Shown piece by piece: positions 6,801 to 6,897 of a stretch of 6,897 nucleotides of DNA. The notes under the pieces were generated by a model. That model did no database searches. It had not been told where the DNA came from and was given only the letters and a program-made list of their open reading frames with translations. Source of the stretch: Amoeboradix gromovi X-113 (taxonomy: Eukaryota > Fungi > Sanchytriomycota). Both the position numbers and the translations under genes were made by a program. Where the stretch lies: assembly GCA_018985225.1 (NCBI GenBank), contig JADGIF010000538.1, positions 1 to 6,897 of the forward strand. Reading direction: 5' to 3'. Numbering within the stretch: the first letter of the stretch is position 1; each line of letters begins with the position of its first letter.

Positions 6801-6897
6801 AAATTTCTGATGAGTTGAACCTCCTCGTTAAAAGTCCTGATTTCCCGAGAAAATCGAGAATTTCCACAGAGAAACTAGCAGTGCTAGATTCTCCGTT
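6801..6897 (-). ncRNA. Second putative Fanzor omegaRNA (scaffold 6897-6821 plus guide ~6820-6801, GTTCAACTCATCAGAAATTT)
   Basis: Same two hairpins (6866-6896, 6842-6860) followed by a different flank. Confidence 0.65.
6821..6897 (-). mobile_element. Second, inverted copy of the Fanzor element right end (truncated by the window edge)
   Basis: The reverse complement of 6821-6897 is identical (77/77) to 437-513. Identity ends at the same GAGGAG boundary. Confidence 0.9.

Noticed and set aside
6634-6867. 77-aa minus-strand ORF
   Set aside because: It starts at a GTG inside the repeated omegaRNA scaffold and runs across the element boundary into flank, so it is a chimeric chance ORF.
437-6897. 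The 77-nt inverted repeats as TIRs of one 6.4-kb transposon carrying the host genes
   Set aside because: The sharp boundary is on the inner side (513/6821) and the Fanzor ORF lies outside the left repeat. They are the right ends of two separate elements facing inward.

Overview
AT-rich, very compact eukaryotic DNA. It is probably fungal and possibly an early-diverging lineage, but that is inference. Five tightly packed host genes occupy the middle: CLASP/Stu1, an STN1/RPA32-type OB-fold protein, SGF29, a CDK1/2-like kinase with a PATALRE helix, and a MEI4/Rec24-like meiotic DSB factor. Three of them are completed only by removing 19-21 nt GT-AG introns. The block is bracketed by two inverted copies of the right end of a Fanzor2 (eukaryotic IS607-TnpB-type, OMEGA) element. 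On the left, a decayed Fanzor2 C-terminus (about 82-425; missed by the ORF track) is followed by a hairpin-rich putative omegaRNA scaffold ending at 513. On the right, an identical 77-nt copy (6821-6897, minus strand) runs off the window and abuts a different putative guide. A ~290-bp MITE-like element with imperfect TIRs sits 17 nt past the left element end.
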